Below are positions 1-10,041 of a stretch of DNA of 64,000 nt, one piece after another. The position numbers and the translations under genes are program-made. The notes under the pieces are model-generated. The model was not told the DNA's origin and did not search any database. It was given only the letters and a program-made list of their open reading frames with translations. This DNA comes from an uncultured Actinomycetota bacterium (GTDB lineage: Bacteria > Actinomycetota > Actinomycetes > JAHEKZ01), in contig CAVQYR010000001.1 in NCBI GenBank assembly GCA_963718235.1, forward strand, positions 64,001-128,000, written 5' to 3'. The number at the start of each line of letters is the position of its first letter. Position 1 is the stretch's first letter.

Positions 1-1465
1 GGACTCCCTGTGGTCGAGCGCGGCCGGGCGGTCACCCTGACCGCCACCTACTTCGACACCGACGACCTGCGCCTGGCCAGGAGCAAGGTCGTCCTGCGAC
101 GACGCACGGGCGGCAAGGACGCCGGGTGGCACCTGAAGCTGCCGGCCGACCCGCGCAACCCCGACCTGCGCGACGAGGTGCAGCTGCCCTCCACGTCGTC
201 GCGCACGCCACCCGACGAGCTGACCGAGCTCGTCTTGGGCCTGACCCGAGGGGCCGACCTCCAGCCGTTGGCCACCATGCGCACCCGGCGCACCCCCACC
301 GTGCTGCGGTCCCGCGACTCCACGGTCGCCGTCGAGGTGGTCGACGACCTCGTCACCGTGACCGAGGGACCGGTCAAAGGGCTCACCTACCGCGAGCTGG
401 AGGTCGAGGCGCTGACCCCCGACGCCGACCTCGACGACGTCGCCACGCTGCTGCTGCAGAGCGGCGCCACCGAGGGGGTCTTCCGCTCCAAGGGCACTCG
501 GGCGCTGGGGGCGCCGTCCGAGCTGGCGCCGCTCGTCCCGAGACCCGGGCCCGCCACCCCGGCCGACCCGGCCGCACTGGTGGTGCGCAACCACCTTCGG
601 GTGCACGTGGCGGCGCTGGTGGCCCAGGACACCCGCGTGCGGCGCGACCTGCCCGACAGCGTGCACCAGTTCCGGGTCGCGGCCCGCCGGCTTCGCGCCG
701 GGCTGCAGTCCTTCGCCCCCCTCGTCGACCCGGACTGGTCGGCCCGGCTGCGCACCGAGCTGGGCTGGATCGCCGGTGTCCTCGGGCAGGCGCGGGACAC
801 CGAGGTGCTGGAGGCCCACCTGATCGCCGGTGTCCGGGCGCTGCCGACTGAGCTCGACCGGGCCGCCGGACTCGTCCTGATCCAAGACGACCTCGAGGCG
901 AGCCTGGCCGACGCGTCCAAGGCCGCCCACGAGGCCATGGGGTCGACCCGCTACCTGAACCTGCTCGACGCCCTGGTGGCCGCGGCGGAGGTGCCGCAGA
1001 CCACGGCGCTGGCCGACGGTCCGTCCGACGAGGTGCTGCCACCCCTGGTCCGCCGGCGGTTCAAGAAGCTGGACCGGATGGCCGCCGTGCTGGCCGACGA
1101 GCTCGACGGCCACGACCAGGACTGGCATGCCACCCGGATCGCCGGCAAGAAGGCGCGCTACGTCGGAGAGGCCGTCGTCCCGGTCTTCGGTGCCCCGGCC
1201 AAGCGGTACGTGAAGCAGATGGAGCGGGTCACCGAGCTGCTCGGGGAGCACCAGGACTGCGCGATCGCGGCCGAGACGGTCCATCGGCTGATCACCCGCG
1301 ACACCGGCCCCGAACGCTGCTTTCACCCTCGGTGCCCTGTACGCCCAGCAGCGGCAACGGGTGAAGGAGATCCGCCTGGAGTTCGTCGACGCCTGGCCGG
1401 ACATCCGGCACAAGCGCTGGAGACGGTGGCTCGACTCGGACGCACTTCCCGGCGCCGACCGGTGA
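1..1465 (+). CDS. CYTH + CHAD domain protein (polyphosphate-associated); 5' end probably outside window; apparent 1-nt frameshift at ~1308-1311
   Basis: CYTH motifs (ATYFDT, LRRRTGGKDAGWHLK, ELEVE) and CHAD motifs (VHQFRVAARRLR, WHATRIAGKKARY, LLGEHQD). Removing one C of the C4 run restores the typical tail GPNAAFTLGALY...WRRWL ending at TGA 1463-1465. Confidence 0.85.
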
Positions 1466-1475
1466 GCCAGCGCCG

Positions 1476-2441
1476 ATGAGTGCCACGTCGAAGCACGAGC
1501 CCGTCGTGGCGGCGGGGGCGGTCGTCCTGCGCGAGGTCGACGGAGCGACCCAGGTCGCGGTCGTCCACCGACCTCGCTACGACGACTGGTCGCTGCCCAA
1601 GGGCAAGCAGGACGTCGGCGAGCACATCCTGGCCACCGCGGTCCGAGAGGTGGAGGAGGAGACCGGACTGCGGGTGGCGCTGCGCCGGCCCCTGTCGAGC
1701 CGGGAGTACCTCGTCGGCGGCCAGCCGAAGGTGGTGCACTACTGGCTGGCCCATGTGGTCACCGACACGCACTCCCCGCACGGCACTGACGGCACTGACG
1801 GCACCGTCGACCCCGAGCCGTTCGAGCCCAACGACGAGGTCGATGCTCTCGAGTGGCTCGAGCCCGCCGCCGCGGAGGCCCGCCTGACCCAGCCGCGCGA
1901 CGCGGAGCTGGTCGGGCTCGCGCTGGCCGAGCCGCCGGGGACCCCGTTCGTGGTCCTGCGCCACGCCAAGGCGCGCGGCCGGGCGAGCTGGAAGGGCACC
2001 GAGCCCACCCGGCCGCTCACCGGCACCGGCGCCAAGAACGCCCGCGCCGTGGCTCCCCTGCTCGGCGCGTACGACGTCCGGCGGCTGCACCCCTCGTCAG
2101 CGACACGCTGCGTGCGCACGGTCAAGCCGTACGCACGCTCCCTCGGGCTGGCGATGCTCGAGGAGCCGCTGTTCACCGAGGAGGCCTTCGAGGTCGACCC
2201 CGCGACCGCACTGGCCCGGGCGTCGTCGCTCATGCGTTCGACCGGGGTGAGCGGGGAGGCCACCGTCGTGTGCACCCACCGGCCGGTGATCCCGGCCCTG
2301 GTCGGCCACCTGCTCGAGGGGTCCGGGCTCTTCGGCCCGACCGAGACCCTGCCGACCGCCGCCATGGTCGTGCTCCACGTCTGCGTCGATGAGGTCGGCG
2401 GGGTCGACCGGGTGCTCGCCGTCGAGACCCACACCCTCTGA
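1476..2441 (+). CDS. mutT1: NUDIX hydrolase fused to histidine phosphatase domain (MutT1-like)
   Basis: HRPRYDDWSLPKGK, Nudix box AVREVEEETG, and C-terminal LRHAKA phosphatase-like motif. Confidence 0.85.
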   Translation: MSATSKHEPVVAAGAVVLREVDGATQVAVVHRPRYDDWSLPKGKQDVGEHILATAVREVEEETGLRVALRRPLSSREYLVGGQPKVVHYWLAHVVTDTHSPHGTDGTDGTVDPEPFEPNDEVDALEWLEPAAAEARLTQPRDAELVGLALAEPPGTPFVVLRHAKARGRASWKGTEPTRPLTGTGAKNARAVAPLLGAYDVRRLHPSSATRCVRTVKPYARSLGLAMLEEPLFTEEAFEVDPATALARASSLMRSTGVSGEATVVCTHRPVIPALVGHLLEGSGLFGPTETLPTAAMVVLHVCVDEVGGVDRVLAVETHTL

Positions 2442-2472
2442 GCTGTCGAGGGTGTGGGCCCGGGCAGGCTCG

Positions 2473-3657
2473 TCACTCGACGGGCGTGTGCCCCTCGATT
2501 CTCGGGTGCACCGGCACGTGCTCCTCGAGCTGGTCGACGGTCGGCAGCTCGGCCTCGACGTCTTTCGCCGTGATGGTGTGCGTCATGGCGTAGACGATGA
2601 AGCCACCCAGGACGAACAGCAACGACCCGACCGAGACCACGGCCAGGCCGGTCGGCAGCTGGGTCATCTTGTACAGCAGGAAGGCGATGATCGTCGTGGA
2701 CGGGATCGTGACGATCCAGGCCAGCACCATCTCACCGACGACGCGCAGGTTGAGGCCCCGACCGGAGGCCACACCACCGCCGGCCACTGACGAGGCGGCA
2801 GCATGGGTGGTGGAGATCGGGATCCCATAGCTCGTGGCACCGAAGATCGCGGTCACCGCGCCGAGGTTGGCGGCGAGCCCCGAGTTCGCGTGCAGGGTAG
2901 TGATCCGCAGGCCCATCGTCTCGATGATCTTCCAGCCGCCCCACAGCGTGCCCAGGGCGATCGCCGTGTAGGCGGCGATCGGAATCCAGGAGTCGACGCT
3001 GATGTCGCCGTTGGCGTTCTCGGTGGCTGCTCCGTACCCGGTGCCGAGCAGGAGCGCCGCGATCACGCCGACCGTCTTCTGAGCGTCGTTGGCCCCGTGT
3101 CCCAGCGACACGAACGCGGCTGAGATCAGCTGTCCGGCCTTGAAGACCACGTGGTCGTCGTGCATCTTGAACAGCTTCTGGATCCCGGCGATGACGAACA
3201 TGGCCAGGAAGGCGATCGTGAAGGCCACCAGGGGTGAGGCCATGATCGCCAGCAGCACCTTCTCCACGGCCGACCAGTCGATGGCCGAGGTCCACCCGGC
3301 GCCCAGACCGGCACCGACGAGACCTCCCACGAGCGCGTGGGACGAGGAGGAGGGCATGCCGATGAACCAGGTGGCGTAGTTCCAGGTGATGGCACCGATC
3401 AGCGCGGAGAAGATGACCGCGATCCCCGAGTAGGAGGAGTCGACGACCTTGCTCACGGTGTTCGCCACGGCCAGCCCGACCACGAAGTAGGCCAGGAAGT
3501 TGAAGAACGCGGAGAAGGCCGGGGCCCACTTGGCCGGTAGTGCCCGGGTCGCGACCACGGTGGCCACGGAGTTGGCGGCGTCGTGAAAGCCGTTGGTGAA
3601 GTCGAACAGCAGGGCCAGCGCCACCAGCGCGATGACCGAGACGAGGAGCAGGTCCAT
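2473..3657 (-). CDS. pit: Inorganic phosphate transporter, PiT family
   Basis: GFHDAAN and HGANDAQK signature motifs; PSSSSHAL; multiple TM helices; RBS GAGGAAG. Confidence 0.93.
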   Translation of the reverse strand: MDLLLVSVIALVALALLFDFTNGFHDAANSVATVVATRALPAKWAPAFSAFFNFLAYFVVGLAVANTVSKVVDSSYSGIAVIFSALIGAITWNYATWFIGMPSSSSHALVGGLVGAGLGAGWTSAIDWSAVEKVLLAIMASPLVAFTIAFLAMFVIAGIQKLFKMHDDHVVFKAGQLISAAFVSLGHGANDAQKTVGVIAALLLGTGYGAATENANGDISVDSWIPIAAYTAIALGTLWGGWKIIETMGLRITTLHANSGLAANLGAVTAIFGATSYGIPISTTHAAASSVAGGGVASGRGLNLRVVGEMVLAWIVTIPSTTIIAFLLYKMTQLPTGLAVVSVGSLLFVLGGFIVYAMTHTITAKDVEAELPTVDQLEEHVPVHPRIEGHTPVE

Positions 3658-3695
3658 GAGGCTTCCTCAGGTACGGCCGGCCGAAGCCGGAGGGC

Positions 3696-3784
3696 GGATC
3701 GTGAACGCCGGGTGAACGGGTGCCGGGCCACTCAAGGGGGCTCAAGCGTCCAGGTGGTAGACCCTGCGTTAACGCTGAGTGAAC
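3696..3784 (-). promoter_or_regulatory. PHO-box direct repeats oriented toward pit
   Basis: GTGAAC (rc GTTCAC) at 3701 and 3712; GTAGAC/GTTAAC/GTGAAC at 3757/3768/3779; 11-nt spacing in both clusters. Confidence 0.75.
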
Positions 3785-3849
3785 GCCGCCCGGAACTGGC
3801 ACGGATAGGGCCGGTTGCGACACGCCAGGGGGGTCGAAAGTCCCGACTT

Positions 3850-3893
3850 GTTCATCTTGTGTTAACCTTCAGGTCACCCGGCGTTCCGCCGAT
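3850..3893 (+). promoter_or_regulatory. Four-unit PHO box upstream of small ORF
   Basis: GTTCATCTTGT-GTTAACCTTCA-GGTCACCCGGC-GTTCCGCCGAT, exact 11-nt period. Confidence 0.8.
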
Positions 3894-3925
3894 ACGCCAA
3901 CGAGACCGAGAAGAGGAGGTGCCTG

Positions 3926-4033
3926 ATGAGCATCCTCGACGCACTCACCCGGGTCCTACGACCCGACGACACGCTGTACGCGCGAAGCCTCAAGGCCCTC
4001 GAGGACGACGCCCGTCCCGACCGGACCCGCTGA
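3926..4033 (+). CDS. Putative phosphate-regulated small protein, 35 aa (MSILDALTRVLRPDDTLYARSLKALEDDARPDRTR)
   Basis: GAGGAGG RBS 6 nt before ATG; mostly G/C third positions; upstream PHO boxes; downstream terminator. Confidence 0.7.
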   Translation: MSILDALTRVLRPDDTLYARSLKALEDDARPDRTR

Positions 4034-4045
4034 CCCGACGCGCCT

Positions 4046-4081
4046 GAAGCCGGCCGACCCCACCCGGGGTCGGCCGGCTTC
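4046..4081 (+). terminator. Intrinsic terminator-like hairpin
   Basis: GAAGCCGGCCGACCCC-ACCC-GGGGTCGGCCGGCTTC, 16-bp perfect stem. Confidence 0.8.
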
Positions 4082-4122
4082 GTCGTCTGGTCGTTCACCC
4101 GTGCCGGCGGGACCCGAGCCTT

Positions 4123-4199
4123 GGTCATCCGCCGTTCACGCAGGCTCCATCGCGGCGTCACCCACTGCACCCGTCCAGGTCATCCGGCGTCCCTAGCGT
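4123..4199 (+). promoter_or_regulatory. pstS promoter: PHO-box array plus -10
   Basis: GGTCATC (4123), GTTCACG (4134), CGTCACC (4156), GGTCATC (4178) in 11-nt register; TAGCGT at 4194. Confidence 0.8.
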
Positions 4200-4272
4200 C
4201 CCTGACGTACTGCTGACGTCCTGATGGCCGGACCGTCGTCCGGCGGGACCCCAACGAGGAAGGTCCAACCCT

Positions 4273-5256
4273 GTGAAGTCCACTCTCCTGCGCCGCGCCG
4301 CTGTGCCGGCCGCGTCAGCCGCCGTGCTGGCGCTGGCGCTCAGTGCCTGTGGTGGCAACAACGACGGCGGTGGCTCAGACGGTGGCGACGCGCTGTCCGG
4401 CTCGATCGCCATCGACGGCTCCAGCACCGTCGGACCGATGACCAAGGCCGCCGCCGAGCTGTTCAACGGCGACAACCCCGACGTCCAGATCAGTGTCGGT
4501 GAGTCCGGCACCGGTGGCGGATTCGAGAAGTTCTGCGCCGGCGAGACCGACATGAACGACGCCTCGCGCCAGATCGAGGACGACGAGGCGGCCATCTGCG
4601 ACGAGAACGGCGTCACCTACCAGGAGATGGTCGTCGCCAACGACGCGCTCACGGTCGTGGTGAACAAGGACAACACCTGGGCCACCTGCCTGACCACTGA
4701 GCAGCTCAAGGCGATCTGGGAGCCGAAGTCGAAGATCACCAACTGGAACCAGGTCGACCCCAGCTTCCCCGACGAGACGCTCGCCCTGTTCGGCCCCGGC
4801 ACCGACTCGGGCACCTTCGACTACTTCACCGACCAGATCAACGGTGAGGAGGGCGCCAGCCGCACCGACTACAGCCCCAGCGAGAACGACAACACCACGG
4901 TCCAGGGTGTCGAGGGCACGAAGGGTGGCCTCGGCTACTTCGGCTACACCTACTACGAGGAGAACGCCGACAGCCTCAACGCCGTCCAGATCGACAACGG
5001 CAGCGGGTGCGTGGCCCCGAGCGCGGAGACCGTCCAGGACGGCTCGTACTCACCGCTGGCCCGTGAGCTGTTCGTCTACCCCTCGATCGAGAGCGGCAAG
5101 AGCAACTCGGCCTTCCTGCCCTTCGTCCAGTTCTACGTGGAGAACGACGCGAGCATCGCCGAGGCCGCACAGTTCATCCCACTGAGCGACGAGCAGAAGA
5201 GCACGCTGGACGGCGAGCTGTCCGACTTCGAGAGCGCGGTCGGCGCCAGCTCGTGA
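4273..5256 (+). CDS. pstS: Phosphate ABC transporter substrate-binding lipoprotein
   Basis: Lipobox LSAC; DGSSTV, SGTGGGF, DSGTFDYF motifs. Confidence 0.95.
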   Translation: MKSTLLRRAAVPAASAAVLALALSACGGNNDGGGSDGGDALSGSIAIDGSSTVGPMTKAAAELFNGDNPDVQISVGESGTGGGFEKFCAGETDMNDASRQIEDDEAAICDENGVTYQEMVVANDALTVVVNKDNTWATCLTTEQLKAIWEPKSKITNWNQVDPSFPDETLALFGPGTDSGTFDYFTDQINGEEGASRTDYSPSENDNTTVQGVEGTKGGLGYFGYTYYEENADSLNAVQIDNGSGCVAPSAETVQDGSYSPLARELFVYPSIESGKSNSAFLPFVQFYVENDASIAEAAQFIPLSDEQKSTLDGELSDFESAVGASS

Positions 5257-6206
5257 GCCAGCTGACCGTCGACAAGCACGCTGCTGCCGCAGGGACCTCC
5301 GGGTTCCTGCGGCAGCAGCGGCCTCGTCATGGCGAGAAGCTCGTCTACGCGATCCTCTTCGCCGCTGCACTCGTCTCCGTGGCGACGACGATCGGCATCG
5401 TCATCAGCCTGGTCATCCCCGCGGTCGAGTTCTTCACCGAGGTCCCGCTCACCGAGTTCCTGTTCGGCACCGACTGGGCGCCCAACTTCGAACCCCCGTC
5501 GTTCGGCGTGGTTCCCCTCATCGTCGGGACCCTGCTCACCACGGCGATCGCCAGCATCGTTGCCCTCCCGCTCGGCCTGGGCTCGGCGCTGTACCTCAGC
5601 GAGTACGCCCACCCCAAGGCGCGGCAGACCCTGAAGCCAGTGCTGGAGGTGCTGGCCGGGATTCCCACCGTGGTCTACGGCTTCTTCGCCCTCACGTTCT
5701 TCACCCCGGTGCTCCGCTGGGTCTTCCCCGGCGACGACGTGCCCACGATCTTCAACGCCCTCAGCGCCGGCGTGATCATGGGGATCATGATCATCCCCAC
5801 CGTCGCCTCGCTCTCGGAGGACGCGATGGCCGCCGTCCCCAACGCGCTGCGACAGGGGGCCTTCGCGCTGGGCAGCAACCGTCGCCAGGTCTCCACCAAG
5901 GTCGTCGTCCCGGCCGCGCTCTCCGGCATCGCGGCAGCCTTCATCCTGGGGATCTCCCGGGCCCTGGGCGAGACGATGATCGTCACGATCGCTGCCGGGA
6001 ACCAGCCGAACCTGTCGCTGAACCCGCTGGAGTACACGCAGACGATGACCGCGTTCATCGCCTCCAGCGCGGGCGGCGACGTGGCGACCGGCTCCACGAT
6101 CTACAAGACGATCTTCGCCGTCGGGCTGCTGCTGTTCATCGCCACCTACGCGATGAACATGGTCAGCGTCCGACTGGTGCGCAAGTACCGCGAGGTGTAC
6201 GAGTGA
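5253..6206 (+). CDS. pstC: Phosphate ABC transporter permease
   Basis: LAGIPTVVYG, RALGETM; GTGA overlap with pstS. Confidence 0.95.
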   Translation: MSQLTVDKHAAAAGTSGFLRQQRPRHGEKLVYAILFAAALVSVATTIGIVISLVIPAVEFFTEVPLTEFLFGTDWAPNFEPPSFGVVPLIVGTLLTTAIASIVALPLGLGSALYLSEYAHPKARQTLKPVLEVLAGIPTVVYGFFALTFFTPVLRWVFPGDDVPTIFNALSAGVIMGIMIIPTVASLSEDAMAAVPNALRQGAFALGSNRRQVSTKVVVPAALSGIAAAFILGISRALGETMIVTIAAGNQPNLSLNPLEYTQTMTAFIASSAGGDVATGSTIYKTIFAVGLLLFIATYAMNMVSVRLVRKYREVYE

Positions 6207-7111
6207 CCGTCACCGCCCACGACACCCCGCCCGAGTCGCCCTCGGCCCAGCGGCCGATGCTCGGTACCACCGGCGAGCCCCTCAAGGAGCGGGCCTTCCG
6301 CTGGATGCTTCTGCTCGCCCTGTCGGTCGGCGTGGTCACGCTCGTCGTCCTGCTCGCCTACATGTTCATCCGCGGCCTGCCGGCCCTGAACATGCCGTTG
6401 TTCACCAACATGCCCAGCCAGATCAACCCGGGGATCGCCGGGGCCCAGTCGGCGATCGCCGGGACGTTGTGGGTGATGGCCTTCACCGCCCTGTTCTCCA
6501 TCCCGACCGGGATCCTCGCGGCGATCTACCTCGAGGAGTACGCCGACGAGCGCCACTGGTGGAACCGGCTGATCGAGATCAACCTGCTGAACCTCGCGGC
6601 CGTGCCCTCGATCGTCTTCGGCATCCTCGGTCTGGCCTTCATCAGCCGTGGCATGGGCTTCGGTCCCACAGTGCTCACCGGATCCCTCACCCTCGCCCTC
6701 CTGGTGCTGCCGGTCGTGGTGATCTCCAGCCGTGAGGCGATCCGGGCAGTGCCGAGGTCGATCCGGGCGGGCTCACTGGCTCTGGGAGCCACCCACTGGC
6801 AGACGATCTGGCGTCAGGTGCTGCCGGCCGCCATCCCCGGGATGGCCACCGGCTCGATCCTCGCCCTCTCCCGCGCAATCGGGGAGGCCGCGCCGCTGAT
6901 CATGCTGGGCGTCTCCTACGTCACCTTCGTCCCCGACGGGCTGCTCAGCCGGTTCACCACGCTGCCGGTCCAGATCTACCGGTGGACCACCGAGTCCCGT
7001 GACGAGTTCCAGCAGCTGGCGGCAGCAGCCTCGGTCGTCCTGCTCGTCCTGCTGTTGATCATGAACTCGATCGCGATCATCATCCGAAACAGGACCCAGA
7101 AGCGGTGGTGA
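6203..7111 (+). CDS. pstA: Phosphate ABC transporter permease
   Basis: [18 protein letters not shown]; operon position. Confidence 0.95.
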   Translation: MTVTAHDTPPESPSAQRPMLGTTGEPLKERAFRWMLLLALSVGVVTLVVLLAYMFIRGLPALNMPLFTNMPSQINPGIAGAQSAIAGTLWVMAFTALFSIPTGILAAIYLEEYADERHWWNRLIEINLLNLAAVPSIVFGILGLAFISRGMGFGPTVLTGSLTLALLVLPVVVISSREAIRAVPRSIRAGSLALGATHWQTIWRQVLPAAIPGMATGSILALSRAIGEAAPLIMLGVSYVTFVPDGLLSRFTTLPVQIYRWTTESRDEFQQLAAAASVVLLVLLLIMNSIAIIIRNRTQKRW

Positions 7112-8040
7112 CGACGCGCGTGAGCATCGATCATGAGCAGAAGAGGTCACACCCCACGAGCCCGGCTGGAGCCATGACCACCACCCCGAGTGAGCCCACT
7201 GCCACCCCCTCACTGAACGTCAGCTCGGTGACCCGTGACGAACCAGAGGAGAACACGGCCGTCGAGCCGGTCATCGAGACCATCGACCTCTCGGTGTTCT
7301 ACGGCGCGTACGAGGCCGTACGCAACGTCGACATGGTGTTCGGCAAGAACCAGATCACCGCGCTCATCGGTCCGTCGGGGTGCGGCAAGTCGACCGTCCT
7401 GCGCTGCTTCGACCGGATGAACGACCTCGTGCCCGGAGCCCGGGTCGTGGGCACGATCACCTACCACGGCCAGGACCTCTATGCCGACGACGTCGATGTC
7501 ATCGAGGTCCGCCGCCGGGTCGGCATGGTCTTCCAGAAGCCCAACCCGTTCCCCAAGTCGATCTACGACAACATCGCCTACGGGCCGCGGGTCAACGGCT
7601 GGAAGGTCTCCAACATGGACGACCTGGTGGAGGAGTCGCTCACCAAGGCGGCCCTGTGGGACGAGGTCAAGGACAAGCTCAAGGAGAGCGCGCTCGCGCT
7701 GTCGGGCGGCCAGCAGCAGCGGCTGTGCATCGCCCGCTGCATCGCCGTCGAGCCAGACGTGATCCTGATGGACGAGCCGGCCGCCTCCCTCGACCCGATC
7801 TCCACGGCCAAGATCGAGGACCTGATGAAGGAGCTGGTCGCCAACTACACGATCATCATCGTGACCCACAACATGCAGCAGGCGGCCCGGGTCAGCGACC
7901 GCACGGCGTTCTTCACCGCCGACGTCGACGACGAGGGTGAGCGACATGGGCGCCTGGTCGAGATGGACTGGACCAAGACGATCTTCACCAACCCAGCCGA
8001 CCAACGCACCGAGGACTACGTCTCCGGCCGCTTCGGCTGA
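7105..8040 (+). CDS. pstB: Phosphate ABC transporter ATP-binding protein (start may be 7108 or 7174)
   Basis: Walker [27 protein letters not shown]-terminal YVSGRFG. Confidence 0.95.
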   Translation: MVTTRVSIDHEQKRSHPTSPAGAMTTTPSEPTATPSLNVSSVTRDEPEENTAVEPVIETIDLSVFYGAYEAVRNVDMVFGKNQITALIGPSGCGKSTVLRCFDRMNDLVPGARVVGTITYHGQDLYADDVDVIEVRRRVGMVFQKPNPFPKSIYDNIAYGPRVNGWKVSNMDDLVEESLTKAALWDEVKDKLKESALALSGGQQQRLCIARCIAVEPDVILMDEPAASLDPISTAKIEDLMKELVANYTIIIVTHNMQQAARVSDRTAFFTADVDDEGERHGRLVEMDWTKTIFTNPADQRTEDYVSGRFG

Positions 8041-8064
8041 ACGACGGTCGAGCCGGCGGTCTCC

Positions 8065-8502
8065 CTAGTCGGTTGTGGCGGTCGCCGCCGCGAACACCGC
8101 GACTACCACGGGGATCACCACCACGGTCGTGGGGTCAGGGGCCAACAGGCCGGGGACGCCGCTGAGCAGCGAGGTCATCGTGGCCAGACCCACGGCGCCT
8201 CCTGCTGCGCCTGCGGACCACCACCGCTCCTGCGCCACGCTCACGCTGGCACCGGACCGGTCGGCCCGCCGACGCAGAAGGTGGCGGGCCACCACCACCC
8301 AAGCCGCAGCCCACAGGCCCAGGAGCAGCCCGCACCCTGCGCCGGCTCCTACGAACAGCAGCAGCCACAGCAGTGAGGTCGGCTGGCCGTTGAGCACACC
8401 ACCGAACAGCGCCAGGACGCCGATCAGTACGAAGTAGACGGTCCCCGCGACGAGCCCGACTCCCGCGCCCCGAAGCCACAGACGACGTCGCCACGCGTTC
8501 AT
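8065..8502 (-). CDS. Hypothetical membrane protein (~4 TM)
   Basis: Hydrophobic segments in the distal part of ORF 8065-9144, starting MNAWRRRLW; fills the gap between convergent/divergent genes. Confidence 0.55.
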   Translation of the reverse strand: MNAWRRRLWLRGAGVGLVAGTVYFVLIGVLALFGGVLNGQPTSLLWLLLFVGAGAGCGLLLGLWAAAWVVVARHLLRRRADRSGASVSVAQERWWSAGAAGGAVGLATMTSLLSGVPGLLAPDPTTVVVIPVVVAVFAAATATTD

Positions 8503-8565
8503 GCACCGGAGTCTGCCAGCCGTCAGGGCCTCCCCCACGGGCCGCCAGGGGCCTAGGGTGCGCAC

Positions 8566-10041
8566 GTGCGCGTGCTCGCCATCGACCAAGGCACGTCGGC
8601 CACCAAGGCCGCCGTCGTCGAGGTCGACGACAGCGGCATGACCCTCCTGGCCGACGTCGACGTCGACGTGACGGGGCTGCGGTATGACGGCGACGCGGTC
8701 GAGGTCGACGCCGAGTGCATCTGGTCCTCGATCGTCGAGGCCGGCCAGGCGGCCGTGAAGGAGACCTCGTCCGGGCTCGGTTCCGTCGACTGCGTCGGGA
8801 TCGGCAACCAGGGCGAGACGGTCCTCGCCTGGCGACGCAGCACAGGCGCACCGGTCACGCCCGCGCTGGTGTGGCAGGACCGCCGCGCAGTCACGGTCAC
8901 CGAGCGCCTCCAGCCCTGGGCCGCGCGTCTGCAGCAGATCACCGGCCTGCCGCTCGACCCGTACTTCGCCGCAGCGAAGCTCAGCTGGCTCGCCGAGAAC
9001 CTGCTCGATGCCGACGCGCGCCACGACCCTGACGTGGTGGTCACGACGCTCGACTGCTGGGTGCTGCACCGGGCCACCGGGGCGTTCGTCACCGACGCCG
9101 CCACGGCCAGCCGCACCCAGCTGCTCGACCTCGACAGCGCGCACTGGTCCAGCGAGGCCTGTGCGGCGTTCGACGTCGACATCGGGGCACTTCCCTCGGT
9201 GGTGCCCTGCGACACCACGATCGGGGAGACGTCGGCCTTCGGCGGCTCACTGCCGGTCACCGGCCTCGTCGTGGACCAGCAGGCTGCGCTCTTCGCCCAG
9301 AACTGCCTGACCCCCGGAACGTCGAAGTGCACCTACGGGACCGGCGCGTTCCTGCTGGCCACCCTCGGACCCGCACCCCACCGCTCCCACAACGGGCTCG
9401 CCGCGTCGATCGCCTGGCAGACCTGTGATGCGGGCCTCGACTACTGCATCGACGGGCAGGTCTTCACCGTCGGTGCGGCGGTGAGCTGGCTGCAGCGGGT
9501 CGGCCTGATCGAGCACCCGGCCGACCTCGACCGCCTGGGTGGGTCGGTCGACGACGACTCGGGGGCGGCCTTCGTGCCTTCGCTGGCCGGGGTCGGGGCA
9601 CCGCGTTGGGTGCCCGAGGCGCGGGGCTCGTTCCTGGGGCTGTCCCTGTCCACCCGGCGGGAGCACCTCGTGCGCGCGGTGGTCGTCGGGATCGCCGCGC
9701 AGGTGACCATGCTGGCGAGGGCCATCGAGGACGACCTGGGCGCCTCGCTCACCTCCCTGCGCGTGGACGGCGGGCTCACCCGGTCGTCGCTGCTGATGCA
9801 GCTGCAGGCCGACCTGCTCGGGGTCCCGGTCGAGGTGTACCCGTACTCCTGCGCCACCGCGCTCGGCGTTGGGGCGCTGGCCCTGCGCGGGCACGCCGGG
9901 CCAGGTGCCGAGTCAGCCGTGATCGCCGGATGGACACCCGAGCGGGTCTTCGAGCCGTCGATGTCCACTGCCGCGGCCGACGAGCTCTACGGGCGGTGGC
10001 TCGTCGCCCTCGACGCCACCATCGCGGAGGCCCACGCGTGA
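8566..10041 (+). CDS. FGGY-family carbohydrate kinase (glycerol kinase-like)
   Basis: AIDQGTS, NQGET, WQDRR, ASRTQL, DQQAALF, KCTYGTGAF, VDGG. Confidence 0.9.
   Translation: MRVLAIDQGTSATKAAVVEVDDSGMTLLADVDVDVTGLRYDGDAVEVDAECIWSSIVEAGQAAVKETSSGLGSVDCVGIGNQGETVLAWRRSTGAPVTPALVWQDRRAVTVTERLQPWAARLQQITGLPLDPYFAAAKLSWLAENLLDADARHDPDVVVTTLDCWVLHRATGAFVTDAATASRTQLLDLDSAHWSSEACAAFDVDIGALPSVVPCDTTIGETSAFGGSLPVTGLVVDQQAALFAQNCLTPGTSKCTYGTGAFLLATLGPAPHRSHNGLAASIAWQTCDAGLDYCIDGQVFTVGAAVSWLQRVGLIEHPADLDRLGGSVDDDSGAAFVPSLAGVGAPRWVPEARGSFLGLSLSTRREHLVRAVVVGIAAQVTMLARAIEDDLGASLTSLRVDGGLTRSSLLMQLQADLLGVPVEVYPYSCATALGVGALALRGHAGPGAESAVIAGWTPERVFEPSMSTAAADELYGRWLVALDATIAEAHA

Noticed and set aside
1779-1805. 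9-bp tandem repeat (GACGGCACT) in mutT1
   Set aside because: Short in-frame linker expansion with no evident function
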